Source of the DNA: Deinococcales bacterium | GTDB taxonomy: Bacteria; Deinococcota; Deinococci; Deinococcales; JAAFIG01 | NCBI GenBank assembly: GCA_031414595.1 | Contig: JANNVX010000006.1 | Location: 1 to 31,832, forward strand | Reading direction: 5' to 3' | Length of the DNA stretch: 31,832 nucleotides | Part shown: positions 8,404-17,651 of the stretch, piece after piece | Position numbering within the stretch: the first letter of the stretch is position 1 | How the letters are laid out: the number at the start of each line of letters is the position of its first letter | Position numbers and translations under genes: made by a program | Notes under the pieces: model-generated | Database searches by the model: none | Told to the model about the DNA's origin: nothing | Seen by the model: the letters and a program-made list of their open reading frames with translations, nothing else

Positions 8404-11022
8404 ATGTCTCGAGTACCCCGTAAACCCGAATTGATGAGTCCTGCCGGCGGAATGCCACAACTATATGCTGCCATAGAAGCAGGAGCAGATGCTGTGTATT
8501 TTGGCTTAGAAGGCTTTAATGCCCGAGCCAAAGCCATGAGTTTTAACCACGATAATTTGCCCGATGTGGTGGCTGGATTGCACGAACGCGGTGTGATGGC
8601 GTTCGTGGCGGTCAATACCTTGGTCTTTGATTCTGAACTCAGGGCTTTAACACGAGAAATCGAAGGTATTGCCGAATCTGGCGCGGATGCGATTATTGTT
8701 CAAGACATCGGGGCAATCAAATTAGCCCACCAAATCGCCCCTGAACTGCCAATTCATGCCAGTACGCAAATGACGATCACCAGTGCCGAAGGCGCAGAAT
8801 TAGCCCGTAGCCTTGGGGTCTCGAGGGCGGTGCTGGCTCGAGAACTGAGTCTAAAAGACATCGAACTGATTAAAAAAGCCACTGACCTTGAACTCGAGGT
8901 GTTTGTGCATGGGGCGTTGTGTGTTTCGTACAGTGGGCAATGCTTTAGTTCTGAGGCTTGGGGAGGACGCAGTGCCAACCGAGGCGCGTGCGCTCAGGCT
9001 TGCCGAATGCCGTATGACCTGATGGTGGATGGTGAGGAGCGCGACCTTGGCGAGTTTCGGTATTTACTGTCGCCACAAGACTTATTTGCCCTCGAGCAGA
9101 TTCCGGAACTGATTCGGATTGGGGTGGATTGCCTGAAAATTGAGGGGCGGTATAAGGATGCCGAGTACGTGGCGGCGGCGACCAATGCGTACAGAATGGC
9201 AATTGACTCGGCTTGGAACGAACAGGGCGGGTTGGGGGCAGGGCGAATACAGGGCGAATCAGAGGCAGGGAGGACACGGGGGTCCTCCCCTACGGAAAAT
9301 CGGGAAACAAAATTTTTGCTCGAGGGTGTGTACTCGAGAGGGTTATTACCAGCCTTTATGCAGGGGGTGAATCATCAAACTGTGGTGCATGGCAGAGCGC
9401 CACGCCACCGAGGGACACGGGTCGGAACAGTCGTGGATGTCTCGAGAACGGCTGTACTGGTACAACTCGAGGGAGAGTACGCGCTGGGTGGCGTGGGCGT
9501 GATTAAACCTGGAGATGGATTGGTCTTTGATGCTGCCCAACGCCAAGGCATTGAAACCAAAGAAGAAGGCGGGGCGGTTTTTGAGGTTTTTGAGTACACG
9601 CGCCGTGGTTCGGTTCGGCTCGAGGATTCACGCGGGCTGCACGAAGTCGAACTGCGTTTTGGCAATCGGGCAGTTCGCTTAGAGAACATAGAACGCGGCG
9701 ATTGGGTTTGGCGTTCCAGCAACCCAAGCATCGAGCGTGAATTGCGCTATTTGACCCACGCCAGCAAACCAGTCTCGAGAAAACCTGTGCGGTGGAAAGT
9801 GATTGGTAAACTCGGGCAGCCTTTAGCGCTAACCGTCACCGATGACGCTGGACGAGTTGCAACCAGTCAAACCGAAGATGCCCTAAAACCCGCCGAACGC
9901 CGCCCATTAGATGCTCGAGCGCTCGAAGTCGAACTTGGTAAGCTCGGCGAAACACCTTTTTATCTCGAGACCCTAGAAATAGACCTTGAAGATGGTTGCT
10001 TCCTGCCCCTCTCGAGCCTAGGACAAGCCCGCCGCCAAGCCGTGGATGCGCTCCTCGAGTTACGCCGTGAAGTCCCGCAGCGAACCATTAACAAAAATGT
10101 TCTCACATCAACCGTAGGGGCGAGGCATGCCTCGCCCAACCTGACCACCCCATTTTTATCTGTGCTGGTCAGAAAACCCGACCAACTCGAGGCAGCCATC
10201 GAAACCCGCCCAAACGAAATTGTCCTAGATTACCTCGAGTTATACGGTTTACGCCCAAGTGTTGAACGCATCCTCGAGTCTGGCATTCGGGCTGTTGTTG
10301 CCAGCCCAAGGGTACTTAAACCCGCCGAGGAACGGATACACACTTTTTTACTGTCGCTGCCCGTAGATGGCATTCTGGTGCGTCCGCTTGGCTTACTGCA
10401 TACCTTGCTCAAAACAGAAAATCGTCCCGAGTTACTAGGCGATTTTAGTTTGAATGCCGCTAATGCCATCAGCACAACGCACCTGCTCAGTATGGGTTTA
10501 ACCCGCCTTGCCCCAACCCATGACCTCAATGCCGCCCAAATTCTCGAGCTTGCCAGAAACGTGGATGCTTCTAAACTCGAGGTGATTCTGCATCATCACT
10601 TGCCTGTATTTCACACCGAACACTGTGTTTTTTGTCGCTTTATGAGTGTCGGCACTGACCACACCAATTGTGGGCATCCATGCGAAACACACAGCCTTGC
10701 GCTGCGAGACCACAACGGCTTTGAGCATCCTGTGCTGGCAGATGTGGGTTGTCGAAATACCGTCTTTGAAGCTCGGGCGCAATCTGGTGGGCGTTTCCTC
10801 GAGACTTGGCGAGCGGCTGGGATTGGGCATTACCGCTTAGAATTTGTCCAAGAAAGCCCCGAAGCACTAGAAGCCACGGTTCGGGCGTACCGCAAAGCAC
10901 TCGAGGGCAAAATAGACAGTAAAACCCTACAACGTGAACTCGAGAAGTTTGCGCCGCAAGGCACAACCCAAGGGAGTTTTATTATTCCATCAGATAGCTT
11001 GTTACCCATGGTGCAGATGTGA
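8404..11022 (+). CDS. U32 peptidase-family protein with DUF3656 (RlhA-like RNA hydroxylation protein)
   Basis: PELMSPAG, GADAVYFG, HASTQMT, EVFVHGALCVSYSGQC, SANRGACAQACR, LKIEGR; second Cys cluster near the C-terminus. Start is 8404 or 8395. Confidence 0.88.
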   Translation: MSRVPRKPELMSPAGGMPQLYAAIEAGADAVYFGLEGFNARAKAMSFNHDNLPDVVAGLHERGVMAFVAVNTLVFDSELRALTREIEGIAESGADAIIVQDIGAIKLAHQIAPELPIHASTQMTITSAEGAELARSLGVSRAVLARELSLKDIELIKKATDLELEVFVHGALCVSYSGQCFSSEAWGGRSANRGACAQACRMPYDLMVDGEERDLGEFRYLLSPQDLFALEQIPELIRIGVDCLKIEGRYKDAEYVAAATNAYRMAIDSAWNEQGGLGAGRIQGESEAGRTRGSSPTENRETKFLLEGVYSRGLLPAFMQGVNHQTVVHGRAPRHRGTRVGTVVDVSRTAVLVQLEGEYALGGVGVIKPGDGLVFDAAQRQGIETKEEGGAVFEVFEYTRRGSVRLEDSRGLHEVELRFGNRAVRLENIERGDWVWRSSNPSIERELRYLTHASKPVSRKPVRWKVIGKLGQPLALTVTDDAGRVATSQTEDALKPAERRPLDARALEVELGKLGETPFYLETLEIDLEDGCFLPLSSLGQARRQAVDALLELRREVPQRTINKNVLTSTVGARHASPNLTTPFLSVLVRKPDQLEAAIETRPNEIVLDYLELYGLRPSVERILESGIRAVVASPRVLKPAEERIHTFLLSLPVDGILVRPLGLLHTLLKTENRPELLGDFSLNAANAISTTHLLSMGLTRLAPTHDLNAAQILELARNVDASKLEVILHHHLPVFHTEHCVFCRFMSVGTDHTNCGHPCETHSLALRDHNGFEHPVLADVGCRNTVFEARAQSGGRFLETWRAAGIGHYRLEFVQESPEALEATVRAYRKALEGKIDSKTLQRELEKFAPQGTTQGSFIIPSDSLLPMVQM
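9268..9293 (-). repeat. GTAG-type REP-like palindrome inside the U32 CDS
   Basis: Minus strand reads GTAG GGGAGGAC CCCCGT GTCCTCCC (8-bp stem). Confidence 0.75.
10114..10137 (+). repeat. GTAG-type REP-like palindrome inside the U32 CDS
   Basis: GTAG plus the perfect 20-bp palindrome GGGCGAGGCATGCCTCGCCC. Confidence 0.8.
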
Positions 11023-11333
11023 AAACCATAACTCGAGAAAACCACATCTGGACATTTGTAATGCCAATCGAATCTAACCCATTCAGTTTTGATGTCGCCT
11101 GAAACAAGTCTGACATAAATCCGATATAAACTTCTTAATAGTAGATTTTTTACTACAAGGAGAAAAGTGAACACCAAACCCACAGCCGACCCTGTGCAGC
11201 CTTTTTGTGCTGTACAAAAGCCGTATCGCAAGCCAATACTTAAGAAACACACTTGGATTCAGATTACAGGTGGGATTAGCCTACCCATCGGCAACTCAGT
11301 ATTGAGTCCAACTGATTTTATGGAGGAACAACA

Positions 11334-14300
11334 ATGAAATTTTCTCGAATTCTAAGCATGGCGCTGATTGGTTCAGTTGCTCTCGCTGCCTGCACCCAAC
11401 AGGTTGCACCAAAACCAATCCAGCCCAATAAAGTCACGGCGCTTGGTAAAATCGAAGTAGCATTTGGTGATAGTAGCGCACTCCGCACCCAAGCGGTCTT
11501 GCCCGATAATGCAATTACCTTTACCCGTACTGCCAGCAGTGTGGATACAACAGGTACAGAACGCTACATTCGAGCGGTTTTTGACATCACCAACAATACC
11601 GCTAGTGCTTTCAATAACCTGACTTTTTATGCCTATAACCAAAGTGCCAACAGTATTGGCGGGACTGCCATAAAAAGCCTGAATAACTTTGGTAATGTCA
11701 ATGTAGCAAGTACAGCCGCAGCCCAAAGCCTGAAGCCAACCCATGGACTCGATACCAGTGGGGCAAGTGTCAGTGGCGCAGAAGACTTACAAGTGTTTCA
11801 ACCAACCGAAGCCTCCGATGCACAAGCCGCAGGATTAGCAGCCATTCCACCTGTGCTTGGCAACACCGACACGGTTCTCGAGTATGGTTTTGTGGCTCGG
11901 CGTTGCACTGCCAATTGTGCCAGCCCAAACCCAACTTGGACGCGTACAATTGGCGCAGGAGAAACAGGTCAGATTAGCTTGGCGTACAAACTTCCAGAAG
12001 GCATTTTAAGTAACTCGGCGAATCCATATGGTTTTGTGGCAACTTTTGTGCTTGCCAATGAAACCACAGCTCGAGTTAGCCGCAGCCCAGAAGAACCGAC
12101 CAGCAGTGCCAGTTCTCGAGCCACAGCATTTACTGCCACCCAAACCATTTTGGTCGGCGCAGATGCAGACACCGCCACGGGCAGCCTTCGTTTAAGCAAC
12201 GCTAAAATTGGCACTGCGCCTACAACTTTACTTGACCCAATTTGTTCAAATGGTGCAACCCTAACCAGTATTTCTACCTTGCAAGGTTCTGGAACTGCAA
12301 CGACAGCTTCGGGTACACACACGATTCAAGGTGTGGTGGTTGGGGCTTTCCAAAGTGCTGACAGCAGTGGTTTGCAAGGTTTTTACTTGCAAGACCGTGT
12401 TGGCGATAGCAACACTGCCACTTCAGATGCTATTTTTGTTGATGAGTTCGGAGCAACCCCAGATTCTAGTGTTCCAGTAGGTAGTTTTGTGCGGGTTACA
12501 GGAGCAGTATCCGAATTCTCTAACCTGACCAGAATCGTCCCCACCACTGTAACCCGTTGCGGCACTCAAGACCTGCCCAGCCCTGTACAAATCAGTTTCC
12601 CACTCACAGGCGGACAAACCGACCTCGAGAAGTTCGAGGGGATGCTTAGCCAAATCCCAACCCAAATGACCGTCACCGAGCTTTTTGAATTGGGTCGTTT
12701 TGGACAAGTCGAAATTTCCTCGAGCGGTACAGATAACCAAGTTGGAACAGATGACCGCTTAGACCAATTTACCCAGTTTAATCTCCCAAGTGTGGCTGGT
12801 AATGCAAGCCATTTGGCAGCCTTGAACAAACGAAAAATTGTTGTGGATGATGCCCGCAGCGACGACAACGGACCCGCTAATATCCTCGGACGTGGCGGTA
12901 ATCCACTGACCGCCAGCAACACTCTACGCGGTGGCGATACAATCACCAATTTGACAGGTATTCTTGATGAACGCTTTGCCGCCTACCGTATTCAACCCAC
13001 CACAGCCGCAAATTTTCAAGCCGTCAATGCCCGTACAAGCAGCCCAACTGTAGCAGGCAGTTTGCGTGTCGCCAGTTTTAATGTTCTGAATTACTTCACC
13101 ACCCTAAACACCGCCACAACCGATACCTTCACACCAACGGGATGCTCTGCCATTGCACCACGCGGAGCAAATACAGCGACCGAATTTACCCGCCAAAAAG
13201 ATAAAACTATAGCTGCTATCCGTGCCATGAACGCCGATGTGCTTGGCTTAATCGAAATGCAGAACAATGGCGCGGATGCCAGCAGTGCCATTGTTGACTT
13301 GGTAACCGCCGTCAACGCTGGACAACCACTAAGTAACCAGTATGCAGTCATTGCCGACCCTGCCGCCCCAGAACGGTCTGGTTGTGATGCCATTAAAGTG
13401 GCTTTTATATACAAACCAAGCACCGTCACACCAGTCGCCACTGGACTCAGTACCGCCACGGTTGGGGCTGTTACAGTAGCATCAGGTGCGGCTTTTACTG
13501 TACCCGCAGGTTACGACGGCAACACTGATTTAGTCGCAGCCTTTGACAATAACAACCGCAAGCCAATTGCTGTGACCTTCCAACAAATCTCGAGTTCCGA
13601 GACTTTTACTGCTGTGATGAACCACTTCAAATCCAAAGGCTCGAGTGCTGGTGGAGTTGGCGACACAGACACCAACGACGGACAAGGCAATTCTAACGGA
13701 ACTCGAGTTCGTGCCTCAAAAGACCTGAAATCATGGCTTGCTACCAACCCTACTGGCACAACCGACACCGATTATCTGATTATGGGCGACCTAAACGCTT
13801 ACGCCAAAGAAAATCCAATCACTGAACTCGAGACGGTTTTTACCAATTTATTACCACTCAGTACCTATTCTTATGCTTTTGATGGCGCATGGGGAAGCCT
13901 TGACCATGCCCTTGGCAGCACCAGTTTGACCACCCAATTGGCAGGTGCAGCCAAATGGCACATCAATGCCGATGAACCAACCTCACTGGATTACAACACC
14001 CAACTAGACCCAAGTGGCAACGCAGCCACCAATAATAAAATTATTAAAACCCCAGCCCAAACAACCAGCCTGTACGCTGCCGATGCTTTCCGCTCGAGCG
14101 ACCATGACCCTGTGGTTGTGGGCTTAAACCTAGGTTCTGGTTTTTCGGTTAGTGCCAGTGCTTTAAGTAACAACAACTACACTGTTGGAGCGGCAGGAAC
14201 AGCCACAAGCACCATTACGGTCAACCGCACCAGCTTTACAGACCCCGTAACCCTGAGTCTCGAGGTTAGCCCAGCCAATGCTGGAATCACTGGTAGCTTT

Positions 14301-15251
14301 AGTAACAATCCAAACTCGAGCGGCACAAGCACCTTAAACTTAAGTGTGGATAATACTGTGACTGCGGGTACTTATACCCTAACGGTTAAAGGCACATTCG
14401 GCGCAATGGTGATGTCAAGTAGTACATTTAACATTATTGTTGCACCTGTTTGCACCAGCCTCAGTGTCACTCCAAACTCTGCCAGTATTGCGGTTGGCGC
14501 AACTCAGCAACTCACAACTACCTTCTCACCTTCTGGTTGTGCTGCAACAGCTGTCACATGGTCAAATGGTGGTTCAGCATTTGCCACGGTCAACACGAGC
14601 GGTTTGGTTTTAGGTGCGTTAGTGGGTTCGGGAACAATTATCACAGCCACAGCAGGGGCAATAAATGGCACAAGCACAATCAACGTGACTGCGAGCGTTT
14701 CGGTGGCTGGATTAGTCATAAACGAAGTTGACTATGACAATATAGGCACAGATTCAGTTGAATACATCGAGATTTATAACCCAACAGCTTCGGCAATTTC
14801 CTTATCTGGCATAAAGGTTTTCCTTGTCAATGGCTCTAACAACACGAGTTATACAACCATTGACCTTACAAGTGGTGGTTCGTTAGCTGCAAATAGCTAC
14901 TTGGTTATTGCAAATACAGCCTTTCTTAGTACAATCACAGCCAGTGTTGAAATCGCATTTGCGGGAACTAATGATCAAATTCAAAACGGCTCACCAGATG
15001 GTATTGCCTTGGTAAATACAAATACCAGCACACTTGTTGATGCTTTGAGCTATGAAGGCAGTATCACAGCAGCTGTACTGACAGGTATTGGCACATTTAA
15101 TTTGGTTGAAGGTACAGTTTTAGCCGCAGCCACCGCCGATAGCAATACAGTCGTTGGTGCATTTATTCGTTCACCAAATGGTACAGATGCCAATAATGCT
15201 TCGACTGACTGGGTATTTACAGCAACTCTAAGTCCAGGCACAGCAAACTAA
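11334..15251 (+). CDS. ExeM/NucH-family extracellular endonuclease lipoprotein (OB fold, EEP domain, Ig-like domains, lamin-tail domain)
   Basis: GGAGG RBS; lipobox LAAC (Cys20); GFYLQD, LEKFEGM, VASFNVLNYF, GLIEMQN, NHFKSKG, MGDLNAY, LDHALG, WHINADEP, RSSDHDP; C-terminal LVINEVDYD...EYIEIYN. Confidence 0.9.
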   Translation: MKFSRILSMALIGSVALAACTQQVAPKPIQPNKVTALGKIEVAFGDSSALRTQAVLPDNAITFTRTASSVDTTGTERYIRAVFDITNNTASAFNNLTFYAYNQSANSIGGTAIKSLNNFGNVNVASTAAAQSLKPTHGLDTSGASVSGAEDLQVFQPTEASDAQAAGLAAIPPVLGNTDTVLEYGFVARRCTANCASPNPTWTRTIGAGETGQISLAYKLPEGILSNSANPYGFVATFVLANETTARVSRSPEEPTSSASSRATAFTATQTILVGADADTATGSLRLSNAKIGTAPTTLLDPICSNGATLTSISTLQGSGTATTASGTHTIQGVVVGAFQSADSSGLQGFYLQDRVGDSNTATSDAIFVDEFGATPDSSVPVGSFVRVTGAVSEFSNLTRIVPTTVTRCGTQDLPSPVQISFPLTGGQTDLEKFEGMLSQIPTQMTVTELFELGRFGQVEISSSGTDNQVGTDDRLDQFTQFNLPSVAGNASHLAALNKRKIVVDDARSDDNGPANILGRGGNPLTASNTLRGGDTITNLTGILDERFAAYRIQPTTAANFQAVNARTSSPTVAGSLRVASFNVLNYFTTLNTATTDTFTPTGCSAIAPRGANTATEFTRQKDKTIAAIRAMNADVLGLIEMQNNGADASSAIVDLVTAVNAGQPLSNQYAVIADPAAPERSGCDAIKVAFIYKPSTVTPVATGLSTATVGAVTVASGAAFTVPAGYDGNTDLVAAFDNNNRKPIAVTFQQISSSETFTAVMNHFKSKGSSAGGVGDTDTNDGQGNSNGTRVRASKDLKSWLATNPTGTTDTDYLIMGDLNAYAKENPITELETVFTNLLPLSTYSYAFDGAWGSLDHALGSTSLTTQLAGAAKWHINADEPTSLDYNTQLDPSGNAATNNKIIKTPAQTTSLYAADAFRSSDHDPVVVGLNLGSGFSVSASALSNNNYTVGAAGTATSTITVNRTSFTDPVTLSLEVSPANAGITGSFSNNPNSSGTSTLNLSVDNTVTAGTYTLTVKGTFGAMVMSSSTFNIIVAPVCTSLSVTPNSASIAVGATQQLTTTFSPSGCAATAVTWSNGGSAFATVNTSGLVLGALVGSGTIITATAGAINGTSTINVTASVSVAGLVINEVDYDNIGTDSVEYIEIYNPTASAISLSGIKVFLVNGSNNTSYTTIDLTSGGSLAANSYLVIANTAFLSTITASVEIAFAGTNDQIQNGSPDGIALVNTNTSTLVDALSYEGSITAAVLTGIGTFNLVEGTVLAAATADSNTVVGAFIRSPNGTDANNASTDWVFTATLSPGTAN

Positions 15252-15258
15252 AAACTGC

Positions 15259-15303
15259 AAGAAGAAACCCACTCGACAATTTAACTCGAGTGGGTTTCTT
15301 CTT
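15259..15303. terminator. Bidirectional intrinsic terminator between convergent genes
   Basis: 18-bp perfect stem AAGAAGAAACCCACTCGA / TCGAGTGGGTTTCTTCTT with 9-nt loop. Confidence 0.85.
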
Positions 15304-15816
15304 TTAAGCAAGGATTTTACGCGAGACTTCTTCTAATTCTTCTGGCGAACACGCCACAACCGCACTTAAACTCGAGGCAGCAATCGTACCTAACACACTC
15401 AAACCGTGCATACCGTTCAGACTTAAACTCGAGTGCCACGCTGCAAACTCCCCGCCGTGTTGGTACTCGAGACCAGTGCTGCTAACAGAACTTTGAGTCT
15501 CGAGACCAAGAGCTTCACCACTCGAGACGATACAATTCGCATCAAGGGCAATCACTATTTTAGGTCTGAGGAATCGCAGAGCGGCTTCTATCGGTGTGCT
15601 GTGGTTCTGCTCGAGTACCGCCAGTGTAATCCGACCCTTAAATGAATCTAAATTCTCGAGAATGCTTAAAACCTTTTGCCCATGCTCAAGCGGACAGAGC
15701 AAAAGCACGGTCTGCCAACCTGTGCTGCCCTCGAGATGAATAAAGGCAGTGCCAAAGGCATCAGTCCAACTTCTCGAGAAGGTTGGTTTCATACTGGGTG
15801 CAATCACAGGTTTCAT
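15304..15816 (-). CDS. Hypothetical protein
   Basis: 170-aa ORF coupled (ATGA overlap) to the upstream C26 gene and ending at the terminator; no recognised motif. Confidence 0.65.
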   Translation of the reverse strand: MKPVIAPSMKPTFSRSWTDAFGTAFIHLEGSTGWQTVLLLCPLEHGQKVLSILENLDSFKGRITLAVLEQNHSTPIEAALRFLRPKIVIALDANCIVSSGEALGLETQSSVSSTGLEYQHGGEFAAWHSSLSLNGMHGLSVLGTIAASSLSAVVACSPEELEEVSRKILA

Positions 15817-16523
15817 GCTGGAATTTTTTCTAGCATACCCATGAAAGCTCTAAACGGCGCGAGGTGTTCAGGGTGGGCTTCCCAAAGTAATTCGGGATGC
15901 CACTGTACTGCCAGCACACCATCGCCTTCGATGCCCTCTACAAGACCATCTGGGGCATATGCCGAGACCGATAATCCGGGCGCGACATCCTTTATTCCCA
16001 TGTGATGGTACGAATTGACCCGCAGCGTTTCCACACCATGGGCTTTTGAAAGGCGCGTACCACCAACCACTCGCACCCGATGCCCAAGTACGGGCGGGGT
16101 GGCAGTTTGGCGATGGTCTGCCCAAAGTCCGTTCGATGTTGGAATGTGCTGATGCAACGTACCGCCTTCGGCAACGTTGATGAGTTGAAAACCACGACAG
16201 ATTCCCATGATTGGTTTTTTGGTCTCTCGAGCCAAGGTGTATAACTCGAGTTCAAAGGCATCACGCAGCGCATCCACTTCGCCAAGCCCAGCTTCGTGGT
16301 CTGCCCCCCAGATTTCGGGGTCTGGGTCAACCCCACCCGAGAACAAAACACCATTCAGAGCCTCGAGTTGCATAGCCGCCGTTCCAACCAGACTGGGCAG
16401 CATGACTGGAAGCCCTCCCACAGCCAAAATCGCGGCTGAATAAGCAAGCGCAGTCCCACTCCAAGCCCGTTGTAAACTCGAGTCCTTAGAACTAGAGACC
16501 GTAATTCCAATTCGTGGTTTCAT
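15813..16523 (-). CDS. Gamma-glutamyl-gamma-aminobutyrate hydrolase family (peptidase C26, class I glutamine amidotransferase)
   Basis: KPRIGIT, FSGGVD, GICRGFQLINVAEGGTLHQ, VNSYHH, AVQWHPE. Start 16523 (or 16529); TAGGAT lies 7 nt upstream of 16523. Confidence 0.92.
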   Translation of the reverse strand: MKPRIGITVSSSKDSSLQRAWSGTALAYSAAILAVGGLPVMLPSLVGTAAMQLEALNGVLFSGGVDPDPEIWGADHEAGLGEVDALRDAFELELYTLARETKKPIMGICRGFQLINVAEGGTLHQHIPTSNGLWADHRQTATPPVLGHRVRVVGGTRLSKAHGVETLRVNSYHHMGIKDVAPGLSVSAYAPDGLVEGIEGDGVLAVQWHPELLWEAHPEHLAPFRAFMGMLEKIPA

Positions 16524-16543
16524 TCGCATAATCCTAACACGCC

Positions 16544-16572
16544 TTGACAAATGTGCCGTGCATTTGTATATT
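16544..16572 (+). promoter_or_regulatory. Sigma70-type promoter of tRNA-Leu
   Basis: TTGACA (16544-16549), 17-nt spacer, TATATT (16567-16572). Confidence 0.8.
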
Positions 16573-16585
16573 CTCTTCCGCCCTC

Positions 16586-16672
<87 letters not shown>

Positions 16673-16673
16673 C

Positions 16674-16706
16674 AAGAAGCGCTTCTTAATAGGGAGCGCT
16701 TTTTTG
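16674..16706 (+). terminator. Intrinsic terminator after tRNA
   Basis: AAGCGCTTC...GGAGCGCTT stem followed by a T-run. Confidence 0.75.
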
Positions 16707-16727
16707 ATTTTTTGGGTACAATGATGT

Positions 16728-17651
16728 ATGTCATTCTCCGAGCATCGGTTTTCGTTCGCTGGTAAAAAAGTTCTGGATTTTGCAGATAAACTCTTTGATA
16801 CAGATAAATTTGCTTTCCGAGTGCGGGTAGAATACGAAGAAACCCCAACTTGGCTCGAGAAGTTCAATACCCTTTTAGAACAAGAAAATGCTGCCAATCT
16901 CGAGGCGTTGGTGATTGGCGCTTGGTCGGATGAACAATTTGAAGATGGCTCGGAGCAAGTGGTCGAAGCACTGGTGGCAGCCAAAGACACCTTAACCAGT
17001 CTTAAAGCCATTTTTCTGGGCGATATTGCCGGCGAGGAATGCGAAGTTTCATGGATTCATCAGTCTGATATTTCGCCGATTTTTCTGGCTTACCCTGCGC
17101 TTGAGGTCTTTGCAGTTCGTGGCTCGGAAAACCTACAATTTGGTCATGTTTCGCATCAGCATTTGCGGCACTTAACCATTCAAACAGGTGGGATGGATGT
17201 TGCTATTTTGCGAGACGTTCTGGGGTCTGAATTCCCAAATCTCGAGCATCTGGACTTGTACCTAGGCACAGATAATTATGGTGCAAACACTGCCATAGAC
17301 GACTTTGCACCTTTACTGCGTGGCGAATTATTTCCAAAATTAGTGTACTTAGGACTTCGCAACTCTGACCTGACCGATGCGCTGGCTGGGGTCTTGGTCA
17401 ATGCCCCGATTTTAGAGCGAATCAAAACACTAGATTTATCGCTTGGCACGCTATCCGATGAAGGTGCAAAAATCTTCTCGAGTGCCGAGAAACTAGGCAC
17501 TCTCGAGAAATTAGACATCCATTATCATTACGTTGGCGAGGAAGCCTTGAAAGAATTAAAAGCCCATTTGCGGAAACTTAAGATAAAAATTGATGCCGCC
17601 GATGCCCAAGACCCAAATGAAGATTGGCGCAGTCCACAAATCGGTGAATGA
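16728..17651 (+). CDS. STM4015-family leucine-rich-repeat protein
   Basis: ALVIGAW, LKAIFLGDI..EECEVSWIHQSD, FPNLEHLDLYLG...YG, LDLSLGTLSDEGA; LxxLxL repeats. Confidence 0.8.
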   Translation: MSFSEHRFSFAGKKVLDFADKLFDTDKFAFRVRVEYEETPTWLEKFNTLLEQENAANLEALVIGAWSDEQFEDGSEQVVEALVAAKDTLTSLKAIFLGDIAGEECEVSWIHQSDISPIFLAYPALEVFAVRGSENLQFGHVSHQHLRHLTIQTGGMDVAILRDVLGSEFPNLEHLDLYLGTDNYGANTAIDDFAPLLRGELFPKLVYLGLRNSDLTDALAGVLVNAPILERIKTLDLSLGTLSDEGAKIFSSAEKLGTLEKLDIHYHYVGEEALKELKAHLRKLKIKIDAADAQDPNEDWRSPQIGE

